A stretch of DNA of 63,486 bases, the filler included, from Thermodesulfobacteriota bacterium (GTDB lineage Bacteria > DASVDK01): assembly GCA_036381125.1 (NCBI GenBank). It is 6 parts of 6 records of this genome, joined end to end, with 100 filler letters (N's around TTAATTAATTAA, not from the genome) between each part and the next. Parts side by side here need not be neighbours in the genome. Positions count along the whole stretch, not along the records: positions 1 to 14,325 come from DASVDK010000353.1; 5 more parts are not named here. One strand, written 5' to 3'. The notes under the pieces were generated by a model. That model made no database searches, had not been told where the DNA came from, and saw only the letters and a list, made by a program, of their open reading frames with translations. A program made the position numbers and the translations under genes. This document shows, in pieces, positions 1-10,621 of this stretch. How positions within the stretch are numbered: the first letter of the stretch is position 1; each line of letters opens with the position of its first letter.

Positions 1-1500
<1,500 letters not shown>

Positions 1501-1595
1501 GAAGCTCTCTTACCCCCTCCTGGGAGAATTCTTCGGGGCAACCGGAAATAGTGCCCCCAAGGCGCGCGAGCGCTGCTCGCCCGCAAAGTGCCCGA

Positions 1596-1624
1596 ATGCT
1601 ACCACCCCACCCGGGCCAACGCAA
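1596..1624 (-). promoter_or_regulatory. Putative sigma70 promoter for rpsA
   Basis: Reverse strand TTGCGT-N17-TAGCAT about 95 nt upstream of the rpsA ATG. Confidence 0.5.
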
Positions 1625-1654
1625 GTAAGGGCGTAAATTTCCTTCGTTTTGGGG

Positions 1655-2356
1655 TCACGACCCCCCGCCGGCCCGAACCCGGGCGACCTCTGCTGCCATC
1701 AGGTCGACCACCTCGTCGATGGAGAGCGGCCCGGTGTCGAGCAAGATGGCGTCCGGCGCCCGGACGAGGGGCGAGTGCGCCCGGGTCCGGTCCCGCTCGT
1801 CCCGAGTGGCCATGTCCCCGGCGAGCCAGACCCTGTCGACGACGTTCCCCTGCTCGGCCAGCTCGGCCGCGCGGCGCGCGACCCGGACCTCGAAGGGGGC
1901 CGTGAGAAAGAACTTCACCTCCGCGTCCGGGAAGACGACGGTCCCGATGTCGCGGCCGTCGAGCACCACGTCGCCCGCCTGCCCGAGCCGCCGCTGCTGG
2001 GCCACGAGGCTGCGGCGGACCCCCTCGAGCGTCGAGACCCGGGAGGCGGCCTCGGCCACCTCCGGCCGCCGGATCTGGGCCGTGAGGTCCTCGCCGTTTA
2101 CGACGACCCGCGGCCGGGCGTCGGGCGACGGGTTGGACCGGTCGGGCGGGAACTCGAACGCCAGGGAGTCGGCCAGGCCGGCAAGGCGCTGCTCGTCGTC
2201 GAACGGGATGCCCTGGCGCATGGCCAGCCAGGCGACCGCCCGGTACATGGCCCCGGTGTCGATGTACGAGAGGCCGAGCCGCACGGCCAGGCGGCGTGCG
2301 GCGGTGCTCTTCCCGGAGCCCGCGGGGCCGTCGATGGCCACTCTGATCGGCCTCAC
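1655..2356 (-). CDS. cmk: Cytidylate kinase
   Basis: VAIDGPAGSGKST, YIDTGAMYRA, DGRDIGTVVFPDA motifs; GTG start at 2356. Confidence 0.96.
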   Translation of the reverse strand: MRPIRVAIDGPAGSGKSTAARRLAVRLGLSYIDTGAMYRAVAWLAMRQGIPFDDEQRLAGLADSLAFEFPPDRSNPSPDARPRVVVNGEDLTAQIRRPEVAEAASRVSTLEGVRRSLVAQQRRLGQAGDVVLDGRDIGTVVFPDAEVKFFLTAPFEVRVARRAAELAEQGNVVDRVWLAGDMATRDERDRTRAHSPLVRAPDAILLDTGPLSIDEVVDLMAAEVARVRAGGGS

Positions 2357-2539
2357 GACCTGCTCACCTGCTGGCACGGGCCTTCCGCCGCGCCACCCCC
2401 GCCCGGCGGGGTCCCCCGCGGCCGCCCGCGACCAGGCGCGCGCGGGCCCTCCGCGGGGCCCCCGGCGCACCGGGAGGCCTCCCTCCGCGGCCCGACGCGA
2501 GAAGCGGCGTTCGCAAGGCGTACCTGAGAAGGTACTTCA

Positions 2540-3856
2540 TCACCGTCTGAGGCCGTCGAGGAGGTCGGCGAAGCCGGGGAAGGATGTGTCGATGCAGGCG
2601 GCGTCCTCGACCACGGTCTCCCCGGCGGCCACGAGGCCGGCGACCGCGGCCGACATGGCGGTCCGGTGGTCCCCGCGCGAGCCGACGCGGGCGCCGCGGA
2701 GCGGGCGGCCCCCCTCGATGACCATCCCGTCGGGGGTCGGCGTCACGCGCCCCCCCATGCGGGTCAGCGTCTCGGCCATCGAGGCGATCCGGTCGGTCTC
2801 CTTGACCCGCAACTCCTGGGCGTCGTGGATGACCGTCGTCCCCTCGGCCACCGCCGCGGCGACGGTCAGGGCCGGCAGCTCGTCGATGGCCCGCACCACG
2901 AGGTCGCCGGCGATCTCGGTCCCCCGCAGCCGGCTCGCCCGCACGCGCACGTCGCCGACCGGCTCGGGGCCGTCGTCCCGCCGCGCGACGACCTCGATGC
3001 TGCCCCCCATGGCCCGGAGCACGTCGAGCGCCCCGGTCCGCGTCGGGTTGAGCCCGACCTCCCGCAGGAGGAGGTCCGAGCCCGGGGTGATCAGCGCCGC
3101 GACGAGGAAGAAGGTGGCCGAGGAGAAGTCTCCCGGCACGGCGAACGCCCGCCCCGACAGGCGCGTCCCCCCGCGGACGGCGACGCCGTGGCGGCCCAGC
3201 CGGTGGAGGTCGGCCCCCATGAAGGCGAGCATCCGCTCGGTGTGGTCGCGAGACACCCGCGGCTCCTCGACCACGGTCTCGCCGTCGGCCACGAGGCCCG
3301 CAAGGAGGAGGGCCGACTTCACCTGGGCGCTCGCCACGGGCGAGTCGTAGTGGATGCCCGTGAGCGGCGAGCCGACGATGGTGAGCGGCGCCCGCGTGCC
3401 GCCCTGGCGGCCGATGATCCGGGCCCCCATGCGGGCGAGCGGATCGATCACCCGCCCCATCGGGCGACTCCGCAGCGACGCGTCGCCCGTGAGGACCGAG
3501 ACGAAGGGCTGACCGGCGAGGATGCCGGTGAGCAGCCGGGTCGTCGTGCCGGAGTTGCCGCAGTCGAGGACGTCGTCCGGCTCGACCAGGTGCTGGCCGG
3601 CCCGGCGCGGGCCGCCCGCCCCCCTGATCGTGACCGTCGTCCCCTCGAGGCGGACGTCGACCCCCATCCGCCGGAACGCCTCGACCGTCCGGTGGTTGTC
3701 CTCGCCGGTGAGGAAGCCGGTCGCGCGGGTCTCCCCTTCGGCCAGGGCGCCGAGCATGACGGCCCGGTGGGAGATCGACTTGTCGCCCGGCACGCGCGCC
3801 TCGCCGCGGAGGGGCGCGCCGGACGTGACGGTGAGCGTGCGGGGGGTGCCGGTCAT
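2540..3856 (-). CDS. aroA: 3-phosphoshikimate 1-carboxyvinyltransferase
   Basis: PGDKSISHRA, DCGNSGTT, SAQVKSA, ELRVKETDRI, GDHRTAM motifs; ATG at 3856. Confidence 0.97.
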   Translation of the reverse strand: MTGTPRTLTVTSGAPLRGEARVPGDKSISHRAVMLGALAEGETRATGFLTGEDNHRTVEAFRRMGVDVRLEGTTVTIRGAGGPRRAGQHLVEPDDVLDCGNSGTTTRLLTGILAGQPFVSVLTGDASLRSRPMGRVIDPLARMGARIIGRQGGTRAPLTIVGSPLTGIHYDSPVASAQVKSALLLAGLVADGETVVEEPRVSRDHTERMLAFMGADLHRLGRHGVAVRGGTRLSGRAFAVPGDFSSATFFLVAALITPGSDLLLREVGLNPTRTGALDVLRAMGGSIEVVARRDDGPEPVGDVRVRASRLRGTEIAGDLVVRAIDELPALTVAAAVAEGTTVIHDAQELRVKETDRIASMAETLTRMGGRVTPTPDGMVIEGGRPLRGARVGSRGDHRTAMSAAVAGLVAAGETVVEDAACIDTSFPGFADLLDGLRR

Positions 3857-4719
3857 CCGATGCGGTCCCTGAGCGCCTTCGCCGAGGCGAAGGTCCGCTC
3901 GACGAGGTCGCCGTCCCCGGCGCTGAGCCCGGCCCGAAGCCGGGTCACCTGCGCCGAGAAGGCGTCGATCGCCTCGATGAGGTGGCGGCGGTTCGCCAGG
4001 CAGATGCCGCGCCAGAGGGCGGGCGACGAGGCGCCGATCCGGGTCGTGTCCCTGAGCCCGCCGCCCGAGAGGCGCAGGGCCGCATCGGCCAGGGTCGGGT
4101 CCTCGGCAAGCGTCGCCAGGAGGGCGTAGACGACCAGGTGCGGCAGGTGCGACACCGCGGCGAAGGCGGCGTCGTGCGCCTCCGGCTCCATTCGCAGGAC
4201 CGTGGCGCCGAGGAGACGCCACAGCTCCGTGACCCGGGCCACGGCCGCCTCGTCGGTGCCGGCGAGCGGCGTGACGACGGCGAGGCGCCCCGCGAAGAGG
4301 TCCGCGCTGGCCGCGGCGAGCCCCGAGCGCTCCGTGCCGGCGATGGGGTGGCCAGGCACGAACGGGACGCCGGCGGCGGCGGCCGGCTCGCGGAGGGCGG
4401 CGATGACCGGCCCCTTCACGCTCCCCACGTCGGTCACGACGGCTCCGCGGCCGAGGTGCGGCAGGGCGGCCCGCGCCGCGCCGGCCATCGACTCGATGGG
4501 GGTCGCGAGGAGCAACAGGTCGGCCCCTCGCGCGGCAGCCGCCGCGTCCGGGCTCGCCTCGGCCACGAGGCCGGCCGACACGGCCGCCGCGCAGGCGGCC
4601 GGGTCGGTGTCGGCGCCGGTCGCGCGCCCGAAGAGGCCGCGCGAGCGGCCGGCCGCGAGGACCGAGCCGCCGATCATGCCGAGGCCGACGACGGCTATGT
4701 GGCGGAACGGCGGGGTCAC
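3853..4719 (-). CDS. tyrA: Prephenate/arogenate dehydrogenase
   Basis: GLGMIGGS, TDVGSVKG, GHPIAGTE, SHLPH, LRDTTRIGAS motifs; GTG overlaps the aroF stop. Confidence 0.93.
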   Translation of the reverse strand: MTPPFRHIAVVGLGMIGGSVLAAGRSRGLFGRATGADTDPAACAAAVSAGLVAEASPDAAAAARGADLLLLATPIESMAGAARAALPHLGRGAVVTDVGSVKGPVIAALREPAAAAGVPFVPGHPIAGTERSGLAAASADLFAGRLAVVTPLAGTDEAAVARVTELWRLLGATVLRMEPEAHDAAFAAVSHLPHLVVYALLATLAEDPTLADAALRLSGGGLRDTTRIGASSPALWRGICLANRRHLIEAIDAFSAQVTRLRAGLSAGDGDLVERTFASAKALRDRIG

Positions 4720-5735
4720 TACATGTCTCGCCCGACGACCCGGGCGATCTGCCTGAGGTCCTGCATGAGCGAGGCGAAGCGCTTCGGCTTGAGCGCCTGG
4801 GGACCGTCGCAGAGCGCCACCTCCGGCCTGGCGTGGACCTCGATCATGATGCCGTCGGCGCCGGCCGCCACGCCCGCCCGGGCGAGCGGCTCGACGAGGC
4901 TCCACTTGCCGGTGGCGTGCGACGGGTCGACCACGATCGGCAGGTGCGTCAGCTCCTTGAGGAGCGGCACCGCCGAGATGTCGAGCGTGTTGCGCGTGGC
5001 GGTCTCGAAGGTGCGGATGCCCCGCTCGCAGAGGACGATGTCGCGGTTGCCCTCGCTCATGATGTACTCGGCCGCGAGCAGGAACTCGTTGATCGTGGCC
5101 GAGAGGCCGCGCTTGAGGAGCACCGGCTTGCGCACCTTGCCGACCTCCGTGAGGAGCCGGAAGTTCTGCATGTTGCGGGCGCCGATCTGGATCACGTCCG
5201 TGTACTTCATGATGGCCGGCAGGTCCGAGGCGTCCATCAGCTCGGTCACGACGCGCAGGCCTGTCTGCTCGCGCGCCTCCGCCAGGTACTCGAGTCCCTC
5301 CTCGCCGAGCCCCTGGAAGGCGTAGGGCGAGGTGCGCGGCTTGAACGCCCCGCCGCGGAGGAACTTCGCCCCCGCCTCCTTCACCGCGTGGGCCAGCTCG
5401 AGCACCATTCCCCGGTCCTCGACCGAGCAGGGGCCGGCGATCATCTGCACCGCCGTGCCGCCGAACACCGCGCCCCTCACGTCGATCAGCGAGTTCTCCG
5501 GCCGGAAGTCCCGCGAGGCGAGCTTGTAGGGTTTCAGGATGGGGACGACCCGCTCGACGCCCGGAAAGCCGTCGATCGGCTGCGACTGCAGGAGCGTCTC
5601 GTCGCCGATGGCCCCGATGACGGTCCGCTCGGTCCCCTTCGAGATGTGCACCCGGTACCCCATCTGCTCGAGGCGCCTGGTGACGCGCTGGATGTCCTCG
5701 TCGCTCCGATGGGTCGGCTTCATCACGATGATCAT
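4719..5735 (-). CDS. aroF: DAHP synthase (type I-beta, N-terminal regulatory domain)
   Basis: IAGPCSVE, GGAFKPRTSPYAFQG, QIGARNMQNF, LCERGIRTFE, DPSHATG. Confidence 0.95.
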   Translation of the reverse strand: MIIVMKPTHRSDEDIQRVTRRLEQMGYRVHISKGTERTVIGAIGDETLLQSQPIDGFPGVERVVPILKPYKLASRDFRPENSLIDVRGAVFGGTAVQMIAGPCSVEDRGMVLELAHAVKEAGAKFLRGGAFKPRTSPYAFQGLGEEGLEYLAEAREQTGLRVVTELMDASDLPAIMKYTDVIQIGARNMQNFRLLTEVGKVRKPVLLKRGLSATINEFLLAAEYIMSEGNRDIVLCERGIRTFETATRNTLDISAVPLLKELTHLPIVVDPSHATGKWSLVEPLARAGVAAGADGIMIEVHARPEVALCDGPQALKPKRFASLMQDLRQIARVVGRDM

Positions 5736-5827
5736 GCGTCTGTCTTCCTCTTGCCTCTACGGGCCACTGGTCCCTCTCTGCGCGCCCCGGCGCGCATCCG
5801 CGGCGTCACCCTGCGCACCGGCCGCCC

Positions 5828-6931
5828 CTAGCCCCGGAGGCACGCCGCGAGGGCGGCGACGCACCGTTCGTTCTCGATTCGCGTCCCGACCGAGATGCGG
5901 ACGTGGTCCGGCAGGCCGTAGCCGTCCACGGGGCGCACGATCACCCCCGCCCCGAGGAGCGCGTCGGCGAGCGCGGCCCCCTTGACCGGCGTCTTCACCA
6001 GCAGGAAGTTCGCCTGCGACGGCACGACCTCGAGCCCGAGGCGGCCGATCGCCTCGGCGAGGTACCGGCGCCCCTCGAGCGTCACGTCCCGGGTCGTCTC
6101 GAGATGGGACCGGTCGGCGAGGGCCGCCTCGGCCGCGGCGAGGGCCGGGCGCGACACGTTGAAGGGGGGCCGCACGCGGTTCAGGTCGGCCGCCACGGCC
6201 GGCGTCGTGAGGCCGTAGCCGACCCGGAGGCCGGCCAGGCCGTAGATCTTCGAGAACGTCCGGAGGACGAGGACGGGCGGGCGTCCCGGCCTGCCGTCCC
6301 GGAGGTACGCGAGCCCGTCCGGCACGTCCGACCGGTCCACGAACTCGATGTACGCCTCGTCGACGACGAGCAGCAGGTCCGGCGGCAGCCGGTCAACGAA
6401 CCGGCCGAAGGCCGGCTCGGTGACCACCGTCCCGGTCGGGTTGTTCGGATTGCAGACGAAGACGATCCGCGTCCTCGGCGTGACCGCGGCCAGCATCGCG
6501 TCCAGGTCGTGCACGAGGCCCCGGCACGGCACCTCGACCGGCCGGCCGGCCGCCGCCGTCACGGCGAGCTTGTAGACCACGAACGCGGGCGCGGCCATGA
6601 CCGCCTCGTCGCCCGGCCCCACGTAGGCCCCGACCGCCAGCCGGATCAGCTCCGAGGAGCCGGCGCCGACGACGATGCCGTCGGCGGCGAGCCCGAAGTG
6701 GGCGGCAAGCCTCTGGCGGAGCGCCCAGCCGCCGTCGTCCGGGTAGCGGTGCACGTCGGCCAGCGCCTCGCGCGCCGCGGCGAGCGCGAGCGGCGACGGG
6801 CCGACGGGGTTCTCGTTTGAGGCGAGCTTGACCGAGTCGGAGATGCCGAGTTCCCGCTCGACCTCCTCGATCGGCTTGCCCGGCACGTACGGGACGAGGC
6901 CGGCGACGTGCGCCGGCGGTCGGAGTGTCAT
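5828..6931 (-). CDS. hisC: Histidinol-phosphate/aromatic aminotransferase
   Basis: YVPGKPIEE, KLASNENPVG, CNPNNPTG, DEAY, RTFSKIYGLAGLRVGY. Confidence 0.94.
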   Translation of the reverse strand: MTLRPPAHVAGLVPYVPGKPIEEVERELGISDSVKLASNENPVGPSPLALAAAREALADVHRYPDDGGWALRQRLAAHFGLAADGIVVGAGSSELIRLAVGAYVGPGDEAVMAAPAFVVYKLAVTAAAGRPVEVPCRGLVHDLDAMLAAVTPRTRIVFVCNPNNPTGTVVTEPAFGRFVDRLPPDLLLVVDEAYIEFVDRSDVPDGLAYLRDGRPGRPPVLVLRTFSKIYGLAGLRVGYGLTTPAVAADLNRVRPPFNVSRPALAAAEAALADRSHLETTRDVTLEGRRYLAEAIGRLGLEVVPSQANFLLVKTPVKGAALADALLGAGVIVRPVDGYGLPDHVRISVGTRIENERCVAALAACLRG

Positions 6932-6951
6932 GGCGCCCCCCTCCGCCGGCC

Positions 6952-8034
6952 CTAACCCCGAGCCTTCGGGTAGGAGCCGAGGACCTTCACGAACTGGGTG
7001 TAGTGCCGAAGCTCGTCGAACGCGGCAGCGAGCCGGGGGTCCGACATGTGACCCTCGACGTCGAGGAAGAACACGTAGTCCCAGGCCCGCTTCTTGGTGG
7101 GACGGCTCTCGATCTTGGTGACGTTCACCCCCCGCGACGCGAAGCAGCCGAGGATGCGGTGGAGGATGCCGACCTCGTCCTTGATCGAGAAGAGGAGCGA
7201 CGTCTTGTCCGCGGCGCCCCGCTCCGGCTCCTTCTGGCCGATGACGAGGAAGCGCGTGGTGTTGTGCGGGTTGTCCTGGATGCGCCGCGCGACCGGCCGG
7301 AGGTTGTAGAGCGACCCCGCGACCTCGCTCGCGATGGCGGCGGCGGTGGGGTCGTCGACGACCATCTGCGCGGCGGCCGACGTGCTGGTGACGTCCACCG
7401 TCGGCACGTTGGGCAGGTGCTTCTGGAGCCAGAGGCGGCACTGGGCGATCGCCTGCGGGTGCGAGTAGATCTTCTGCACGTCCTCGATCCGGCCGGAGAC
7501 GCTCAGCAGGTCGTGGTGGATCACGAGCTGGATCTCGGCGAAGATCTTCAGGGCCGAGTCGAGGAACATGTCGAGGGTGTGGGTCACCACCCCCTCGGTG
7601 GAGTTCTCGATGGGGACGACGCCGAACTGCACCCGCCCGCGCTCGACCTCGTCGAAGACGTCGGCGATGGTTCGGGCCGCGACGTACGTCGCCGAGCTGC
7701 CGAACTGCTGGACGGCCGCCTGGTGCGTGAAGCTCGCCTTGGGGCCGAAGAAGGCCACCTGGACCGGCTGCTCGAGGGCGAGCGACGCCGAGATGATCTC
7801 CCGGTAGACGGTGTGGAGCGCCTCGGTCGGGAACGGCCCGGTGTTGATCCGGGCGAGCCGCTCGTGGACCTCGCGCTCGCGCTCGGGCGCGTAGAAGCTC
7901 CTGCCCGTCTCGCGCTTGAGGTCGCCCACGCGGAGCACCGCGGCGGCTCGGCGGTTGAGGAGCGCGACGATCTCCGCGTCGACCGCGTCGATCTCCTGGC
8001 GCAGGCGGGCGAGTTCGGCCGACGGGTCGGCCAT
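6952..8034 (-). CDS. pheA: Chorismate mutase/prephenate dehydratase (P-protein)
   Basis: N-terminal CM (LRQEIDAVD), VVPIENSTEG, YSHPQAIAQC, NTTRF, ACT domain (KIESRP...YVFFLD); ATG at 8034. Confidence 0.96.
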   Translation of the reverse strand: MADPSAELARLRQEIDAVDAEIVALLNRRAAAVLRVGDLKRETGRSFYAPEREREVHERLARINTGPFPTEALHTVYREIISASLALEQPVQVAFFGPKASFTHQAAVQQFGSSATYVAARTIADVFDEVERGRVQFGVVPIENSTEGVVTHTLDMFLDSALKIFAEIQLVIHHDLLSVSGRIEDVQKIYSHPQAIAQCRLWLQKHLPNVPTVDVTSTSAAAQMVVDDPTAAAIASEVAGSLYNLRPVARRIQDNPHNTTRFLVIGQKEPERGAADKTSLLFSIKDEVGILHRILGCFASRGVNVTKIESRPTKKRAWDYVFFLDVEGHMSDPRLAAAFDELRHYTQFVKVLGSYPKARG

Positions 8035-8064
8035 GAGGGTGCCTCCGGAGCAAGGAATCCCGGG

Positions 8065-8094
8065 AATATAGCAGGGATATCGGCGGGATGGCAA
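8065..8094 (-). promoter_or_regulatory. Putative sigma70 promoter of the pheA operon
   Basis: Reverse strand TTGCCA-N18-TATATT with extended -10 TGn, about 30 nt upstream of pheA. Confidence 0.55.
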
Positions 8095-8444
8095 CTGGCC
8101 CGGCCGACCGGGCCGCCTCGCGCCGCGGCGGGCCGGCGACCGCGCCCACGCAACTGCATCCACGGAGCCGGAGGGATCGGATACACCGGGTGTGCGCGCG
8201 GATCGCATCGGCCCGGCTGAGCCGTCCGTTGCCCGATGCACTGTGGCTCCGCTTCTCTCTTGACGCGATACGGCGACGCGCGTACTCCTGTTACCACGGA
8301 TGGCGGATCGCGCGCGTCGATCCGCGCAGCCCGCTCGGGCGACGTGCTCGTCTCGACGTGCCCGCACCGCGTGCTCCGCATCCAGACGATCCCGCCGCCC
8401 ACCCCCTCGCTCTGAAGCGTCACCCTCCCGGAGGGAGACCGCCG

Positions 8445-8792
8445 ATGTTGATGAGACTCCTGTTCTCGATCCTGGCGCTCGTGGCGATCGCCTGGGCGAC
8501 GCCGGCGACGGCGGCCCCCACGGCCCTCGCCGACTCGGACCTCGACTCCATCGTCGCGGGACACGACTGGAAGGACCGGCACGTCGACCGCAAGAAGGAC
8601 TTCGACAGGAAGGACTTCGACAAGAAGGACCGCGGCAAGCACCTCGGCCAGAAGAAGGACAGGAAGCACAAGCACTTCGCCGACAAGAAGAAGGACAGGG
8701 CGCACAAGCGCTTCGCGCACCAGGACCGCAAGCATCACCTCGTGAAGAAGATCCTCGTCATCAAGCACGTTCGCCTCCTGAACCTTCACTAG
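8445..8792 (+). CDS. Small secreted Lys/His/Asp-rich protein with C39-type leader (putative cargo of Fap-like system), 115 aa
   Basis: GGAGGGAG RBS; Sec signal (MLMRLLFSILALVAIAWATPATA); ALADSDLDSIVAG leader motif; typical GC-rich third codon positions; directly upstream of a C39 peptidase. Confidence 0.85.
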   Translation: MLMRLLFSILALVAIAWATPATAAPTALADSDLDSIVAGHDWKDRHVDRKKDFDRKDFDKKDRGKHLGQKKDRKHKHFADKKKDRAHKRFAHQDRKHHLVKKILVIKHVRLLNLH

Positions 8793-8876
8793 CCGCTCGC
8801 GCCCCGGCCCCCCCGGCGAGCCGGAGCTCGCCGGGGGCCGCCCGGGACGCGACGGTTCCGGAGTCGCAAGAGGCCG

Positions 8877-9539
8877 ATGCACCCGAACCGGGCGGCCCGC
8901 TGCCGCCTCACCCTGGCCCTCGTCGCCCTTGCCTCCGCGGCCGGCGCCTGCGCCGCCGCACCGGCCCCGGACGCGGGCGCGGCCGGACCGGGCAAGGCCG
9001 TCCGCTCCCTCCTCGAGATCCGCCGGGCGGGCGTCGTCATCCAGGAATGGGACCTGAGCTGCGGCGCCGCGGCGCTCAGCACCGTGCTCTCCTACGACTA
9101 CGACGACTGGACGCCCGAGCGCGAAATCGCCCTCTCGATCCTCGAGCAGACCGATCCGGCGCGCGTGCAGCGGCGCGGCGGCTTCTCGCTCCTCGACCTC
9201 AAGCGCTTCGCCGAGAGCCGCGGCTACAGGGCGACCGGCTACCGCGGCCTCACGATCGAGGACCTCACGGCCCTCGAGGCGCCGGCGATCGTGCCGGTTC
9301 GCGTCAAGGGGTACGAGCACTTCGTCGTCGTCCGCGGCGTGCGAGGCGACCGGGTGCACCTCGCCGATCCGGCCTTCGGCAACCTGACACTGCGGCGCGA
9401 CCAGTTCCGGCGCGTGTGGTACGACGGGATCGGCTTCGTCGTCGACCGCCCGGCTCCCGAGGCGCCCGATCCGGCGCCCGACCCGATCCCCGACACGCCC
9501 GGCGACGCGCCGACCGGCGAGATGCGGCACGAGCCGTGA
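8877..9539 (+). CDS. Secreted C39 family cysteine peptidase (FapD-like)
   Basis: Signal peptide; VVIQEWDLSCGAAAL (Q/C), GGFSLLDLKRF, YEHFVV (H), LADPAFGN (D); no ABC domain. Confidence 0.9.
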   Translation: MHPNRAARCRLTLALVALASAAGACAAAPAPDAGAAGPGKAVRSLLEIRRAGVVIQEWDLSCGAAALSTVLSYDYDDWTPEREIALSILEQTDPARVQRRGGFSLLDLKRFAESRGYRATGYRGLTIEDLTALEAPAIVPVRVKGYEHFVVVRGVRGDRVHLADPAFGNLTLRRDQFRRVWYDGIGFVVDRPAPEAPDPAPDPIPDTPGDAPTGEMRHEP

Positions 9540-10510
9540 GCGGGCCGCGGCGCCGCCGCGGCGTCTGGCTTGCGGTCCTCGCCGCCGCAGCGGCACTCGA
9601 GGCCGGCGCACCGGACCCGATCCGGGCCGAGGAGCCGACCGAGTCGGACGAGGAGGCCGAGGAGGCGCAACTGCTGACCGCGCTCGAGCGGGCGCTCATC
9701 CAGCGCGGCGGGCTCCTGCTGCCGCCCTGGCGGGTCGAGATCGAGCCCAGCCTCACGTACACCCAGTCGACCCGGCAGACGCTCGCCACGGACGACGCCG
9801 GGGTCGCCTTCACCGAACGGGTGCAGCGCGACACCCTCGACCCCGAGGTGACCTTCAGGCTCGGGCTGCCGTGGCGGCTCCAGCTCGCGACGACCGTCCC
9901 CTTCCGCTACGAGCGGCAGCGGACCGTGATCGCGGACAGCGCCGAGGAGACGCGCGATCGGTTCGGGCTCGGCGACGTCGACGTGGAGCTGAGCGCGCAC
10001 CTCCTGCAGGAGCGCGGGCTCCTGCCCGACCTGCTGGCGAGCGCCCGCTGGAAGAGCACGACCGGCGAGGGGCCGTTCGAGGTCGGCCCGGGCGAGATCC
10101 CCCTCGGCACCGGCTTCGACGCGATCGAGGTGACCCTCACCGCCACGCGGTCGCGCGACCCCGTCGTCTTCATCGTGGACCTGACCTACACCGTGAACGT
10201 CTCGACCGCAACGTCGCTCGGACGGATCGACCCGGGCGACGAGATCGGCTACGCGCTCGGGCTCGTGCTCGCGCTGAACCCGGAGACCTCCCTCGACCTC
10301 ACGTTCGAGCACCGGTTCGCCCGTCACACGACCCTGGCGGGCGAGCAGGTGCCGGGCACCTCCGAGTCGATCGGCCTGGTCTCGCTCGGGACCTCGTACG
10401 TCCTCGCGCGCAACGTCTCGCTCGACCTGTCGGTGGGGTTCGGCGTGACCGCCGACGCCCCGGACGTTCAGGTGACGCTCGCGGTCCCGGTCCGCTTCCC
10501 CCCCCGCTGA
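9536..10510 (+). CDS. Outer-membrane beta-barrel transporter, FapF/COG4313-like
   Basis: GTG overlaps C39 stop; signal peptide; LERALIQRGGLLLP plug-like helix; amphipathic strands, GLGDVDV, PLGTGF, C-terminal VPVRF. Confidence 0.85.
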   Translation: MSGPRRRRGVWLAVLAAAAALEAGAPDPIRAEEPTESDEEAEEAQLLTALERALIQRGGLLLPPWRVEIEPSLTYTQSTRQTLATDDAGVAFTERVQRDTLDPEVTFRLGLPWRLQLATTVPFRYERQRTVIADSAEETRDRFGLGDVDVELSAHLLQERGLLPDLLASARWKSTTGEGPFEVGPGEIPLGTGFDAIEVTLTATRSRDPVVFIVDLTYTVNVSTATSLGRIDPGDEIGYALGLVLALNPETSLDLTFEHRFARHTTLAGEQVPGTSESIGLVSLGTSYVLARNVSLDLSVGFGVTADAPDVQVTLAVPVRFPPR

Positions 10511-10621
10511 CCGCCCGCCGCTCACCGCTCGCCCGGGCGCCCTGCCCCGGCTCGCGCCCCTCGACCCTCCAGCGCCCCGGCCGTCCACCGGGACCGGTCC
10601 GACGCGCGTGACGTACCCGCG

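Noticed and set aside
8877-9539. Bacteriocin ABC exporter or modified RiPP cluster
   Set aside because: The C39 domain is stand-alone with a signal peptide; no ABC domain or modifying enzymes nearby
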